Virus record (IMG/VR): IMGVR_UViG_3300027683_000015 | Span: 1 to 31,412 of that record | Origin: a virus | Lineage: Duplodnaviria > Caudoviricetes | DNA length: 31,412 nucleotides | Direction: 5' to 3' (one strand) | Shown: in pieces, positions 14,812 through 23,390 of the stretch | How the letters are laid out: each line of letters starts with the position of its first letter | How positions within the stretch are numbered: position 1 is the first letter of the stretch | Notes under the pieces: model-generated | What the model was told of the DNA's origin: nothing | What the model saw: the letters and a program-made list of their open reading frames with translations, nothing else | Database searches by the model: none | Position numbers and translations under genes: made by a program

Positions 14812-16842
14812 ATGGTTCAAGTATCCCCCCTTAATACTCCAACAAACAACTACAAGCGGTGGACCAATAGCTGCGGCCTTACTGATGATGATCTCCTTCG
14901 TATGGGGATCAAGCATATTACCAAGGAAGATGCCAGCCAATTCATAGGCTTCATTCCCGATAAGGCATGCGCCGTCATCCCCTACCCAGCCACCACCTTT
15001 GTACGGGTCCGCCAGCTATTCGGGCCCAAGGAGGTAGTTGAGAACAAATACCTCTCCCCCAAGAGCAGTGGGTGCTCTCCTGTATATCTCCCGCCCTGGC
15101 CCGGTCTTGAGTGGGCGGACATAATGGCCGACCCCTCCATCCCTGTTAGCATTACTGAGGGGGAGGCCAAGAGCTACACCGGCTGCAAGTATGGGGGTAC
15201 CACTATTGGCATCGCCGGCACCTCCATGATCGCCACGCTCTTTGACGGACAGTGGGCATGGGACGGGCGTGTTGTATCAGTTATCTTTGACCACGACGCC
15301 GGGTGCGAAGCTGGGGAGTACAAGCAAGGCAATCACGATGCTCTTGGCAGGCTGTGCAGCCAGCTTATGGCGGTGGGGGCCAATGTAATCGTCATCGACA
15401 TCGGCAAGGTCTGTAGAGATGTGTCCCGTAAGTGGGGGCTTGACGATTACCTTCTTGATGGGGGAACTTGGGAGACGCTGCTAGGCACGGCCCACGAGCC
15501 GCCTGAGTGGTGCTCTCTTCTGGATGAGCTTATGCGCACTTGCGTCTTTGTCGTCGGCACGGACAAGACCCATATCTACAACCTTGTCGACGGCTCCCGT
15601 AAGCTGGTAGGAGACTTCCACCAAGCCAACATAAGTAAGCGCCGCCTTGACCGCAGTAATCCAGACAAGCCCCCCAAGGTCGTACAGATCAGCAATACCT
15701 GGGTGGAACATAAGAACCGCCCCACCGCGCTGACCTATGAGCTCAACCCACGCTACCCATTCGGCTTGAGGGGCAATATGATCAACCTCTGGCACGGCTA
15801 CCCCGAATTCAAATTAGGTAGCCGTGCCAAGACTGAGCAAGTTCAGGAGGAGTGGAAGCGGTTTGTGGAGGGGCTGTTTGGGGATCAATGGGAGTGGGTC
15901 TGCACGTGGGCGGCTCATATGTTGAATAGGCCTGAGGAGCGCTGTACCCAAGCCGTTATGTTGCTAACTAAGGTTCAAGGCATCGGCAAGTCGCTGTTCG
16001 GCGACGTGCTACGCGACCTCACGGGAGTCCATGGGCTGGAGTGCTCGTCAAGTAGGATGTTTGACAAGTTCAACGCCTCCATGGAGGCCAAGACGCTCGT
16101 CATGGTGAATGAGCTTGACGTTAAGTTCAACGCCCGTGAGGGCCAGCTTAATGATCTGTTGACTGAGGAGGTGGTTACAGTTGAGCCGAAGGGGAAGGAT
16201 GCCTTCAACCTAGCCAACCTGCGCCGATGGTATCTTACCACGAACAGTGCGTCACCGTGTAGATTGAGCGCCGGACAGAGGCGGGTGCTCGTTGTACAGC
16301 CTCCACGTACTCATGTAGACACCAGAGGCGACTGGGGCGACTGGGTCAGGGATGAGATTGCTGGCTTCCGCAGGGATGACGAGGCGTTGGCCGCGATCCG
16401 GCTGTGGTTTGATCAGATCTGGGCAGATTATGGGGAGGGATGGGACAGCACTGCACCCGTCCCGCGCACAGACGCCGCCGACCAACTGGCTGAGGCCTCA
16501 ATGACTACCAACCAAATCATCGCTGAAAGTGTTATCAGAGAGATGGCGGACATGGATGGAGGGTGGGGAGCCATACACCCTGATCTGAAGAAGTTGAACA
16601 ATACCATTTGGGGGGAGGTCATGCAGACGATCAAAGCCACTGGAGGGTATGTAGGTCAGAAGAAGGTCAAGGAGGGAGGGAGGGAGGTGTACCTTACCAT
16701 CTATGACCTTGAGGGTACAATGGAGCGCGTCCGTACTTCCAGCGGGAGCTATAAGATCCACTGCGAGGCTGTGGAAGCCAAAGAAAGGTCAGAAAAGCTA
16801 CATTTGGCCTTGGAATCCCTTGTGGAGCGCCTAAAACACTAG
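14812..16842 (+). CDS. TOPRIM (DUF3854-like) primase fused to SF3 (DUF5906/NrS-1-like) helicase
   Basis: KYLSP, ITEGEAK, IFDHD, KWGLDDYL; Walker A QGIGKS, FNA...LVMVNE, LTTN; GAGGT SD before ATG at 14812. Confidence 0.88.
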   Translation: MVQVSPLNTPTNNYKRWTNSCGLTDDDLLRMGIKHITKEDASQFIGFIPDKACAVIPYPATTFVRVRQLFGPKEVVENKYLSPKSSGCSPVYLPPWPGLEWADIMADPSIPVSITEGEAKSYTGCKYGGTTIGIAGTSMIATLFDGQWAWDGRVVSVIFDHDAGCEAGEYKQGNHDALGRLCSQLMAVGANVIVIDIGKVCRDVSRKWGLDDYLLDGGTWETLLGTAHEPPEWCSLLDELMRTCVFVVGTDKTHIYNLVDGSRKLVGDFHQANISKRRLDRSNPDKPPKVVQISNTWVEHKNRPTALTYELNPRYPFGLRGNMINLWHGYPEFKLGSRAKTEQVQEEWKRFVEGLFGDQWEWVCTWAAHMLNRPEERCTQAVMLLTKVQGIGKSLFGDVLRDLTGVHGLECSSSRMFDKFNASMEAKTLVMVNELDVKFNAREGQLNDLLTEEVVTVEPKGKDAFNLANLRRWYLTTNSASPCRLSAGQRRVLVVQPPRTHVDTRGDWGDWVRDEIAGFRRDDEALAAIRLWFDQIWADYGEGWDSTAPVPRTDAADQLAEASMTTNQIIAESVIREMADMDGGWGAIHPDLKKLNNTIWGEVMQTIKATGGYVGQKKVKEGGREVYLTIYDLEGTMERVRTSSGSYKIHCEAVEAKERSEKLHLALESLVERLKH

Positions 16843-17032
16843 GGGGGCTACCCCCCTACCCCCTCTGGCTACCCCCCTAGAAAAACCCTTTAGAATTAAG
16901 GAGTTGAGTATAAAAGGGGGGTAGGGGGGTAGGGGGGGGTAGTATATAATCAGCGGTAGAAAAAATAGAGACCCTCTTTCATAGGAACGAATTTAGACCC
17001 CCTACCCCCCCGCCCCCCCCTACCCCCCCCCC
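16839..17032. repeat. Putative replication origin: CTACCCCC / GGGGGTAG tract array around AT-rich spacers
   Basis: Five CTAC(n) units on + (16848, 16856, 16869, 17002, 17020) and three on - (16916-16942), separated by AT-rich DNA, directly after the primase stop. Confidence 0.6.
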
Positions 17033-17282
17033 TGCCTGTGATTATGCCTTTTCCACCCCCATTTCCACCCACAAGAGCACGTGGCTGATGTTCCTCACCT
17101 ACCAATCTACACGCCCGAGCATGGCCCTCCACGATCGCTCGCAGACCGCCCCCGCTACCCCTACAGACTCCCCCAGGAGGCCACTACAGGGCACCGTAGC
17201 GGGCTTTCAGGGGTAGGTGGGCATCTACCCCTTCCCGACGCCTAGCGCCTCTCCTGCGAGCACGCATAGGCAATGATGCGCA

Positions 17283-17304
17283 TAGAAATGGCCCCGAAGG
17301 GCCA
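17283..17304 (-). terminator. Terminator of the leftward early cluster
   Basis: Minus strand TGGCCC-TTCG-GGGCCA-TTTCT, a C(UUCG)G tetraloop followed by a U-tract. Confidence 0.7.
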
Positions 17305-17328
17305 AGGAGGATTGCAGGAGTGGATTGG

Positions 17329-17409
17329 CTACCCTATGCCTACCCAGAGGGCGGTAAAGGAGGCAACAGCCCAGAGGATCAGGATGGCGCCCTCTCCCCC
17401 GCGTCTCAT
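17329..17409 (-). CDS. 26-aa hydrophobic peptide
   Basis: MRRGGEGAILILWAVASFTALWVGIG; ATGA overlap with the upstream stop; ends just before the terminator; below the ORF-track cut-off. Confidence 0.5.
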   Translation of the reverse strand: MRRGGEGAILILWAVASFTALWVGIG

Positions 17410-17678
17410 GTTGACCGCCCCCAAGCTGCACGAAGGATGTTACCCAGGGTCATCCGCTGGTGGCCGATGTTCAGGTGGGCATACCGGGCCAGGCTGGTAC
17501 CCTTGGGCAGCCCACGAATCTCATCCACCCACTCGCCCAGGACTTCGTTGGGGACGCCACGCATACGCAGCGCGGCAGCGTCACCGTTGTCCCAGCCGAT
17601 GGTGCCGTTGGGTAGGGTGTACGACTCGTAGCGAGCGGTCTTGGCCATCAAGATGGTCTTGGTCATGGTGCTGGCCAT
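17406..17678 (-). CDS. Conserved early phage protein of unknown function
   Basis: GGAGG SD; DNGD..A..LRG-like and RYAHLNIGHQRMTLGNILR motifs recognised from uncharacterised phage early genes. Confidence 0.7.
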   Translation of the reverse strand: MASTMTKTILMAKTARYESYTLPNGTIGWDNGDAAALRMRGVPNEVLGEWVDEIRGLPKGTSLARYAHLNIGHQRMTLGNILRAAWGRST

Positions 17679-17878
17679 CAGAAGAGCCTCCAGGTGGCCA
17701 CGCGCTCCAGCCAAGAGGTGCGCATCAGGGGCGGCTTGGGCAGCTTGGCCAGCAGGTTCAGCGTGGGGCGCTCAGCCCAGCCCACCAGGGCCAGTAGGCC
17801 TATGTACAGGGGCACTACGATGTTGAGAAAGAGGACGATGGCCACCAGCACGATGGCGATGGAGATGAGAAAGATCAT
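17678..17878 (-). CDS. Small membrane protein
   Basis: AAGGAG SD; about 32 consecutive hydrophobic N-terminal residues. Confidence 0.65.
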   Translation of the reverse strand: MIFLISIAIVLVAIVLFLNIVVPLYIGLLALVGWAERPTLNLLAKLPKPPLMRTSWLERVATWRLF

Positions 17879-17895
17879 AGCAGACTCCTTGGGAG

Positions 17896-17917
17896 ACCGC
17901 CCCCGAAGGGGCGGTGG
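17896..17917 (-). other. UUCG hairpin after paralogue B
   Basis: GC-rich ACCGCCC.../...GGGCGGT stem closing a C(UUCG)G loop on the minus strand; no U-tract. Confidence 0.55.
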
Positions 17918-17923
17918 TTGGGA

Positions 17924-18388
17924 TTAGGCGGCGAGCCAGGATTCAGTGGCGGGGGTGACAGCCTCGATCTCAGGGGCCAGCGTCTTGGGCTTGCGGGCCT
18001 TCTTGGCGGCAGGCTTGGGGGCGGCGATCTCAGCCATCGCGGCCACGAAGTCAGCCGGCACCTCGACGCCCACAGGAGCGTTGATCTCAGCATCGGTTGC
18101 CTTGGCCGCCACGGGGGCAACCTTGCGGGTCTTCACGAAGGAGTCATACGAGCAGTCGGCCACCAACTCGGCAGCGATCCGGCCACCGACCATCTCGCCA
18201 TCGATGTTCAGGTGCAGGTAGGTCAGTTCGCGGTGCGGGTTATAGATCACCCACTGGATCTCACCATCGATCACGACCTGGCGCTGCTCGCCAACCTTGC
18301 GGATGACGTACGGGGTAAAGGTCACTTCCTTGGTACCGATGAGGAGGGCACGGCGGGCAGCAACAACGGGGGCGGTAGTAGCAGTCAT
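17924..18388 (-). CDS. Hypothetical protein with Ala/Lys-rich tail (paralogue B)
   Basis: GGAG SD before ATG at 18388; biased codons; homologous to 14201-14593. Confidence 0.8.
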   Translation of the reverse strand: MTATTAPVVAARRALLIGTKEVTFTPYVIRKVGEQRQVVIDGEIQWVIYNPHRELTYLHLNIDGEMVGGRIAAELVADCSYDSFVKTRKVAPVAAKATDAEINAPVGVEVPADFVAAMAEIAAPKPAAKKARKPKTLAPEIEAVTPATESWLAA

Positions 18389-18416
18389 TTCAATCTCCAG
18401 TAGCACCGGCCAGAAT

Positions 18417-18466
18417 TAGCCGATGAATCAAGTGTACTCCGACGGTATGAAAAGTAAAGGCATTTC
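18417..18466 (-). promoter_or_regulatory. Class B sigma70-like promoter
   Basis: GAAATGCC-TTTACT-N16-TACACT-TGATTCAT..GCTA. Confidence 0.72.
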
Positions 18467-18729
18467 GGGGTAAAAGGGTACATTTATAGCTAAGACTTTC
18501 GCCCCCATCTGGGGGATGAGGTAAGTGATTCCTTATGTGAGGCCGATGGCTTTCATGACTATGGCGGTGGGCAGGGTTGATAGGCCAACGCTATGCTAGT
18601 CAATAGCTATGGTTCGGGGCAGTAGTGATAGGCAGCAGCTATGGCGGCAGGCATGCTGCCTGGTTGGATGACCCCCCCAGCACCAGCGTGGTGGCCCCGG
18701 TCTGGTATCGTATAGCACCCCCTCATATA

Positions 18730-18817
18730 TTGATCAGTTTCTATGGACATACCGACGGTATATATAGGCCTCATATTAGCCCACCCTCGTGAGTTGATCA
18801 ATTTCTATGGACATACC
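18730..18817. repeat. 24-bp direct repeat (2 copies, 64-bp period)
   Basis: TTGATCAGTTTCTATGGACATACC (18730-18753) and TTGATCAATTTCTATGGACATACC (18794-18817), 23/24 identical. Confidence 0.85.
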
Positions 18818-18841
18818 ATTAGTATACAGAAGCCCGCGCGC

Positions 18842-18880
18842 GAGATGCCCCTTTACTTTCCAATAAAACAGGCGTATCCT
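18842..18880 (+). promoter_or_regulatory. Promoter of the packaging/late operon
   Basis: GAGATGCCCC-TTTACT-N17-TATCCT with the AGGCG-TAT element. Confidence 0.6.
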
Positions 18881-18887
18881 ATGGGGT

Positions 18888-19340
18888 ATGGAGCTACTAC
18901 AGCAACAGGAGTGCGAAGAGATTGAGGTTATACCCTCATCGGGAAGCGAAGCGACCCAATATGAGGAGGGTCCAGACCTCATGGAGCAGTTCGCCCCCAG
19001 GGATCAGCTCTCCCAAGAGGTCATTCAGCTCGCCCAATACGCCATCCGCAAGCGGCAGTCTCGCTCCCAATCTGTAAAGCAGAACATCATAGAGCAGTTC
19101 AATACCACCTTCACACTGATAGGGGGTGTCCCCCGATTGGCGCTGTGGGCTGACAAGAACCCAACGGCATTCTATGCCTTGTACTCCAAGATGATCCCTG
19201 CCGCGGTGAAGATTGACTCCTCATCGCTTGATCCTAATGCTCTCCACGAGGATGACTTGAAGGACATCAGCACTGACAAGCTGAAGCTGATGCTGTTCAA
19301 ACAAGCAGCTGCCTTGGAACCCAACTACGATGGCAGTTGA
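18888..19340 (+). CDS. terS: Terminase small subunit
   Basis: Directly upstream of terL; IGGVPRLALWADKNPTAFYALYSKMIP motif. The start may instead be the ATG at 18981. Confidence 0.75.
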   Translation: MELLQQQECEEIEVIPSSGSEATQYEEGPDLMEQFAPRDQLSQEVIQLAQYAIRKRQSRSQSVKQNIIEQFNTTFTLIGGVPRLALWADKNPTAFYALYSKMIPAAVKIDSSSLDPNALHEDDLKDISTDKLKLMLFKQAAALEPNYDGS

Positions 19341-20805
19341 CGCAAGACAGCTCCTCCACCAGCTGGAACAGAGGGACCAAGCAAGAACGTCCCTTGCCCA
19401 CTATGCCAGCTACATGGACATCGGTATCCCCGCTGCCCACCACCACCTGATCTGTGACGCCATTGACGAGCTTCTGGATGACCTCTGGGATGAGTTGATC
19501 ATATTGGCTCCCCCAGGCTCGGCTAAGTCAACATACACCTCCATTGCCTTGCCCTCATACTTCATGGGCAGGTTCCCCAAGGGTCACATATTGACTGCCT
19601 CCTACAGCACTGAGCTGGCGGAGAAGTGGGGCCGACGGGTGAGGAATATTGTTGATACCCCCACCTTCAAAGCCTTGTTTAGCGTGTCTCTGTCCAAGGA
19701 CGCGACTGCTGCGACCCGCTGGGCTACCAATGAGGGTGGGGAGTTCTATGGTGCCGGTGTGGGCTCAGGCATCTTGGGCTTCCGTGCGGACTTGGCGGTG
19801 ATCGATGACCCCATCTCAGGTTTTGAGCAAGCTCAGAGTATCACGCAACTGTCCAAGATTCACAACTGGTACGAGACAGACTTCATCACCCGCCTGAAGC
19901 CCCAAGGCAAGGTTGTACTGATCTGCCAACGGCTGGCCAGGAATGACTTGGCTGGCTACCTGATCGACCGGAACATCACCTCCCCCACAAGACGCCAGCG
20001 GATATTGACACTGCCAATGATTGCCACAGCCAATGACCCTCTTGGGCGGCAACCGGGGGAGCGGCTGTGGCCTGAGTGGTACACCCAAGAGATGGTCATT
20101 GACGCCCAACGGGACGACTACAAGTGGAAGACCCTGTACCAGCAGGAGCCGCCGGCTGATGAGGGGAGCTGGGTCAGTACTGAGGAGGTGCAATTCCGTG
20201 AGTCACCAATCAACCCCTCCACCACATATGGCATGTCAGACTTGGCTCTGTCAGTCAATACAGGGGACTACACTGTACACATCGTTGTGGCAGTTGACGC
20301 TGACGGAGACTGGGACATCCTTGAGGCTAGGCGGGCACGAACAGATCCTGACTCGTCCGCCACCACGCTCGTGGCCCTTTGCCAGGCCCATCGACCTCAA
20401 GAATGGTTGATTGACGATGACAACGCCTCAAAAGTGTTCGGGCCGCTGGTGGCGACGAAGGCGCGGCAAGTTGGTACCAATGTACCTTGGAAGCCCATGC
20501 CGATGCGGGGGCAGGACAAGGAGACCCGCGCTGCCCCGCTGCGTGGTCAGTTCAAAAGACGCAAGGTGTATATGCCCCCCAACGCTCCCTGGACTTCATG
20601 GCTCACCAAGGAGCTGCTGCAATTCCCGAACGCACTGGGCCAGGGAGTGGATGACGGCGTTGATGCCCTCGGCCTGATGGGTCGCCGCCTGCTCCAGATC
20701 TCCCGCCCACAACTAACCGTGGTAAAGTCCCTCCCCACCACTGCTGATATGACCCTCGATGAGTTGTTCGAGGATATGCCCAAAGTTTCCAATGTGAGGT
20801 TGTAA
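19330..20805 (+). CDS. terL: Terminase large subunit
   Basis: APPGSAKST Walker A, AVIDDP Walker B, LYQQEP, nuclease SDLA...GDYT and DDGVDAL. Confidence 0.95.
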   Translation: MAVDARQLLHQLEQRDQARTSLAHYASYMDIGIPAAHHHLICDAIDELLDDLWDELIILAPPGSAKSTYTSIALPSYFMGRFPKGHILTASYSTELAEKWGRRVRNIVDTPTFKALFSVSLSKDATAATRWATNEGGEFYGAGVGSGILGFRADLAVIDDPISGFEQAQSITQLSKIHNWYETDFITRLKPQGKVVLICQRLARNDLAGYLIDRNITSPTRRQRILTLPMIATANDPLGRQPGERLWPEWYTQEMVIDAQRDDYKWKTLYQQEPPADEGSWVSTEEVQFRESPINPSTTYGMSDLALSVNTGDYTVHIVVAVDADGDWDILEARRARTDPDSSATTLVALCQAHRPQEWLIDDDNASKVFGPLVATKARQVGTNVPWKPMPMRGQDKETRAAPLRGQFKRRKVYMPPNAPWTSWLTKELLQFPNALGQGVDDGVDALGLMGRRLLQISRPQLTVVKSLPTTADMTLDELFEDMPKVSNVRL

Positions 20806-22901
20806 TGTCAACTGAATCCGCATACGCATCATCCCGCATCAAGTCTGTCGAAGAGGCAGACAAGACCCTTGACTCCCGCTATCGCCGTTGGAACGACGAG
20901 ATCACCATGGCGGAAAAGGAATTTGACAACTTCCGCAAGCAGGGGCGCACAACTGTTCGGCGTTACAAGGACGAGCGGGACTCGGTTGATGGCAGCGAGC
21001 GCAAGTTCAACATCTTCACCGCCAACGTCAGCATCCTGGAAGCCTCGCTGTACGCCAAGATTCCCAAGGTGAGTGTCAGCCGGCGCTTTGGACAGTCGAT
21101 GGACGACCCCGCCCGCGTGGCCGGCCTGATGCTCCAGAACGCCATCATGCAGGACATTGACGAGCCGGAATGCGACTTCGATCAAGTCATGAAGGATGCC
21201 GTGCAGGACCGCCTGGTGCCCGGCCTGGGCGTTGCGTGGCTGCGCCTGGAGACAGACACCGAGGAGGAGACACTGGAGGAACAGTGGGACGACCTCAGTG
21301 GCGAACTGATCCAAGAGGCTGCCACATTCGAGCGCGTGAAGCGGCAAGAGGTCATGATCGAGCACGTGTTCTGGGAGGACTTCCTGTACTCCCCTTGCCG
21401 GACGTGGAAAGAGCGCCGTTGGGTGGCTCGCCGGGTCTATATGGACAGGGATGCCCTGGAAAAACGGTTCCCCGAGGCAGGCGATCAAATCCCGCTGGAC
21501 TTCAACCCGCGCAGCACCATGTCGGGTGGTCAGTCCAATGAGCCAAAGAACGACATCCTCCAGAAAGCCATGATCTATGAGATCTGGGATCGCCAGAAGC
21601 GCAAGGTCATCTGGATCTCAAAAGCCTGGCCGGAAATCCTCGATGAAGTGGATGACCCGCTCAAGCTGGAGGATTTCGAGCCATGTCCCAAGCCGCTGTT
21701 CGCCCTGACGACCACCTCGAACTGTATCCCCACCAACGATTTCGTCATCTTCCAGGACCAGTACAACGAACTGGACCTGGTGAACAACCGCATCTCGCTG
21801 CTGGTCCAGGCATGCAAGGTCGTCGGGGTCTATGACTCGGCTGCCACCGGCATTCAGCGCATGCTCCAGCAGGGCAGCGAGAACACCATGATCCCTGTGG
21901 ATAACTGGGCGATGTTTGCCGAGAAGGGTGGTGTCAAGGGTGCTGTCGACTGGCTGCCGCTGGACACAGTCATTCAGGCTATGGAGCGGCTGCGTCAGGC
22001 CCGTGAGGACATCAAGGGGCAAATCTACGAACTCACCGGCATCAGTGACATCGTGCGGGGCAACACCAAGGCCAGCGAGACCCTCGGCGCGCAGAACCTC
22101 AAGGCACAGTTCGCCTCGATGCAGATTCAGACCCGTCAGGACCAGGTGGCACGCTTCGCGCAGGACATCCTCCGCATCAAGGGCGAGATCATCTGCCGCC
22201 ACTTCGTCCCTGAACAGATTCTCAAGCTGGCCAACATGGAGTTTTACCTCGAAGGTCAGAACGCCCCACTGGTCCATGCCGCTGTCAAGCTGCTCAAGGG
22301 CGACCACGAGGAGTTCGAGTGGCGGGTGAATGTCCAGGCTGACAGCCTCGCCATGGCCGACCATGCCATCGAGAAGCAGGAGAAGGTGGAATTCACCAAC
22401 GCTGTTGCCACGTTCCTCCAGTCGGCTGCGACCACCATGAAGGCGATGCCCGACACGGCACCCATCCTGTTCGAGACTCTCAAATTCGCCATCAGCGGCT
22501 TCCGGGGCAGTCAGGAACTGGAGGGCGTCATCGATCAGAACCTTCAACAGATCATGCAGAAGATTCAGAACCCGCCCCCGCCCCCGCCTGACCCGGCTGT
22601 TGAGAAGGCGAAGATGGACATGCAAATGGCGCAACAGACGCACCAACTGGACATGCAGGCGAAACAGGCCGACATGCAGATGGCGCGTGAGAAGATGCAG
22701 ATGGACACGCAAATGAAGCAGCAGGAGCTTGCCTTCAAGCAAGCCATGCACCAGATGGATTTGGATCAAGCGGAAGTAATCAACCATCAGAAGATGGTGC
22801 AGGACCGGGAGAAGTTCGACCAGCAGATTGCCCAGGACAGCGCCAAGGGCATGATCGAGATCACCAAGGCGGCGCGTGAAGATAAGGAGAAATCGGAATG
22901 A
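20805..22901 (+). CDS. Portal protein
   Basis: 698 aa directly after terL; YELTGISDIVRG; Gln/Met-rich C-terminal coiled coil like the P22 portal barrel. Confidence 0.88.
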   Translation: MSTESAYASSRIKSVEEADKTLDSRYRRWNDEITMAEKEFDNFRKQGRTTVRRYKDERDSVDGSERKFNIFTANVSILEASLYAKIPKVSVSRRFGQSMDDPARVAGLMLQNAIMQDIDEPECDFDQVMKDAVQDRLVPGLGVAWLRLETDTEEETLEEQWDDLSGELIQEAATFERVKRQEVMIEHVFWEDFLYSPCRTWKERRWVARRVYMDRDALEKRFPEAGDQIPLDFNPRSTMSGGQSNEPKNDILQKAMIYEIWDRQKRKVIWISKAWPEILDEVDDPLKLEDFEPCPKPLFALTTTSNCIPTNDFVIFQDQYNELDLVNNRISLLVQACKVVGVYDSAATGIQRMLQQGSENTMIPVDNWAMFAEKGGVKGAVDWLPLDTVIQAMERLRQAREDIKGQIYELTGISDIVRGNTKASETLGAQNLKAQFASMQIQTRQDQVARFAQDILRIKGEIICRHFVPEQILKLANMEFYLEGQNAPLVHAAVKLLKGDHEEFEWRVNVQADSLAMADHAIEKQEKVEFTNAVATFLQSAATTMKAMPDTAPILFETLKFAISGFRGSQELEGVIDQNLQQIMQKIQNPPPPPPDPAVEKAKMDMQMAQQTHQLDMQAKQADMQMAREKMQMDTQMKQQELAFKQAMHQMDLDQAEVINHQKMVQDREKFDQQIAQDSAKGMIEITKAAREDKEKSE

Positions 22902-23092
22902 GCATCTGGCAAGACGTGAGCTACAAGCACAAGTCGGGGGTGTGGGAGCGGAACCTCCACACAGGCGAGGAGCGGCGGGTGGATAAGCCGATGGCGGTTC
23001 TCCCCGAGGAGGCAATTGTTCCCCTTGAGGAGCACGTGGTCATCAAGCCCAAGCCGGCCCCCAAGAAGAACTGGAAGAACAATGCCGCGTAG
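22898..23092 (+). CDS. Hypothetical protein
   Basis: ATGA overlap with the portal stop; 64 aa. Confidence 0.55.
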   Translation: MSIWQDVSYKHKSGVWERNLHTGEERRVDKPMAVLPEEAIVPLEEHVVIKPKPAPKKNWKNNAA

Positions 23093-23378
23093 GTCGTTCG
23101 TCCAAATCAACGGCAAGCTCTATGAAAGGGGCGTGGATGTTATTCCCGAAGAAGAAACCAGTCGTCAGGCCGGTCCGCGTGTCATGGCCGACCTCCCGGA
23201 CTTTGTATCGCCGATTGATGGCAAGGTCTATTCTGGTCGTGCTGGCATGCGCGATCATTGCGCTCGCCACGATGTGGTTCCTACGCGAGACCTTGCAGGG
23301 CTACCAGTAGGTCCGCAGCAAATTCAACCTGACCGGAACGCTATCCGGCAGGAACTCAAAAAACTGTACTACAAATAA
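23082..23378 (+). CDS. Conserved head-module hypothetical protein
   Basis: MPRRSFVQ... with D...FVSPIDG..YSGR...RDH..RH motif, commonly found between portal and scaffold. Confidence 0.7.
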   Translation: MPRRSFVQINGKLYERGVDVIPEEETSRQAGPRVMADLPDFVSPIDGKVYSGRAGMRDHCARHDVVPTRDLAGLPVGPQQIQPDRNAIRQELKKLYYK

Positions 23379-23390
23379 AAGGAAAATGTC

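Noticed and set aside
16950-17132. 60-aa Gly/Arg-rich ORF
   Set aside because: A translation artefact of the G/C tracts in the putative origin.
18730-18817. Mini CRISPR array
   Set aside because: Only two copies, similarity extends into the flanks, and there are no cas genes; binding sites are a better explanation.
21618-23015. Long minus-strand ORF (also 24290-25141 -, 27641-28357 -, 12254-13021 +)
   Set aside because: Antisense shadows of codon-biased real genes, with no SD or recognisable motifs.
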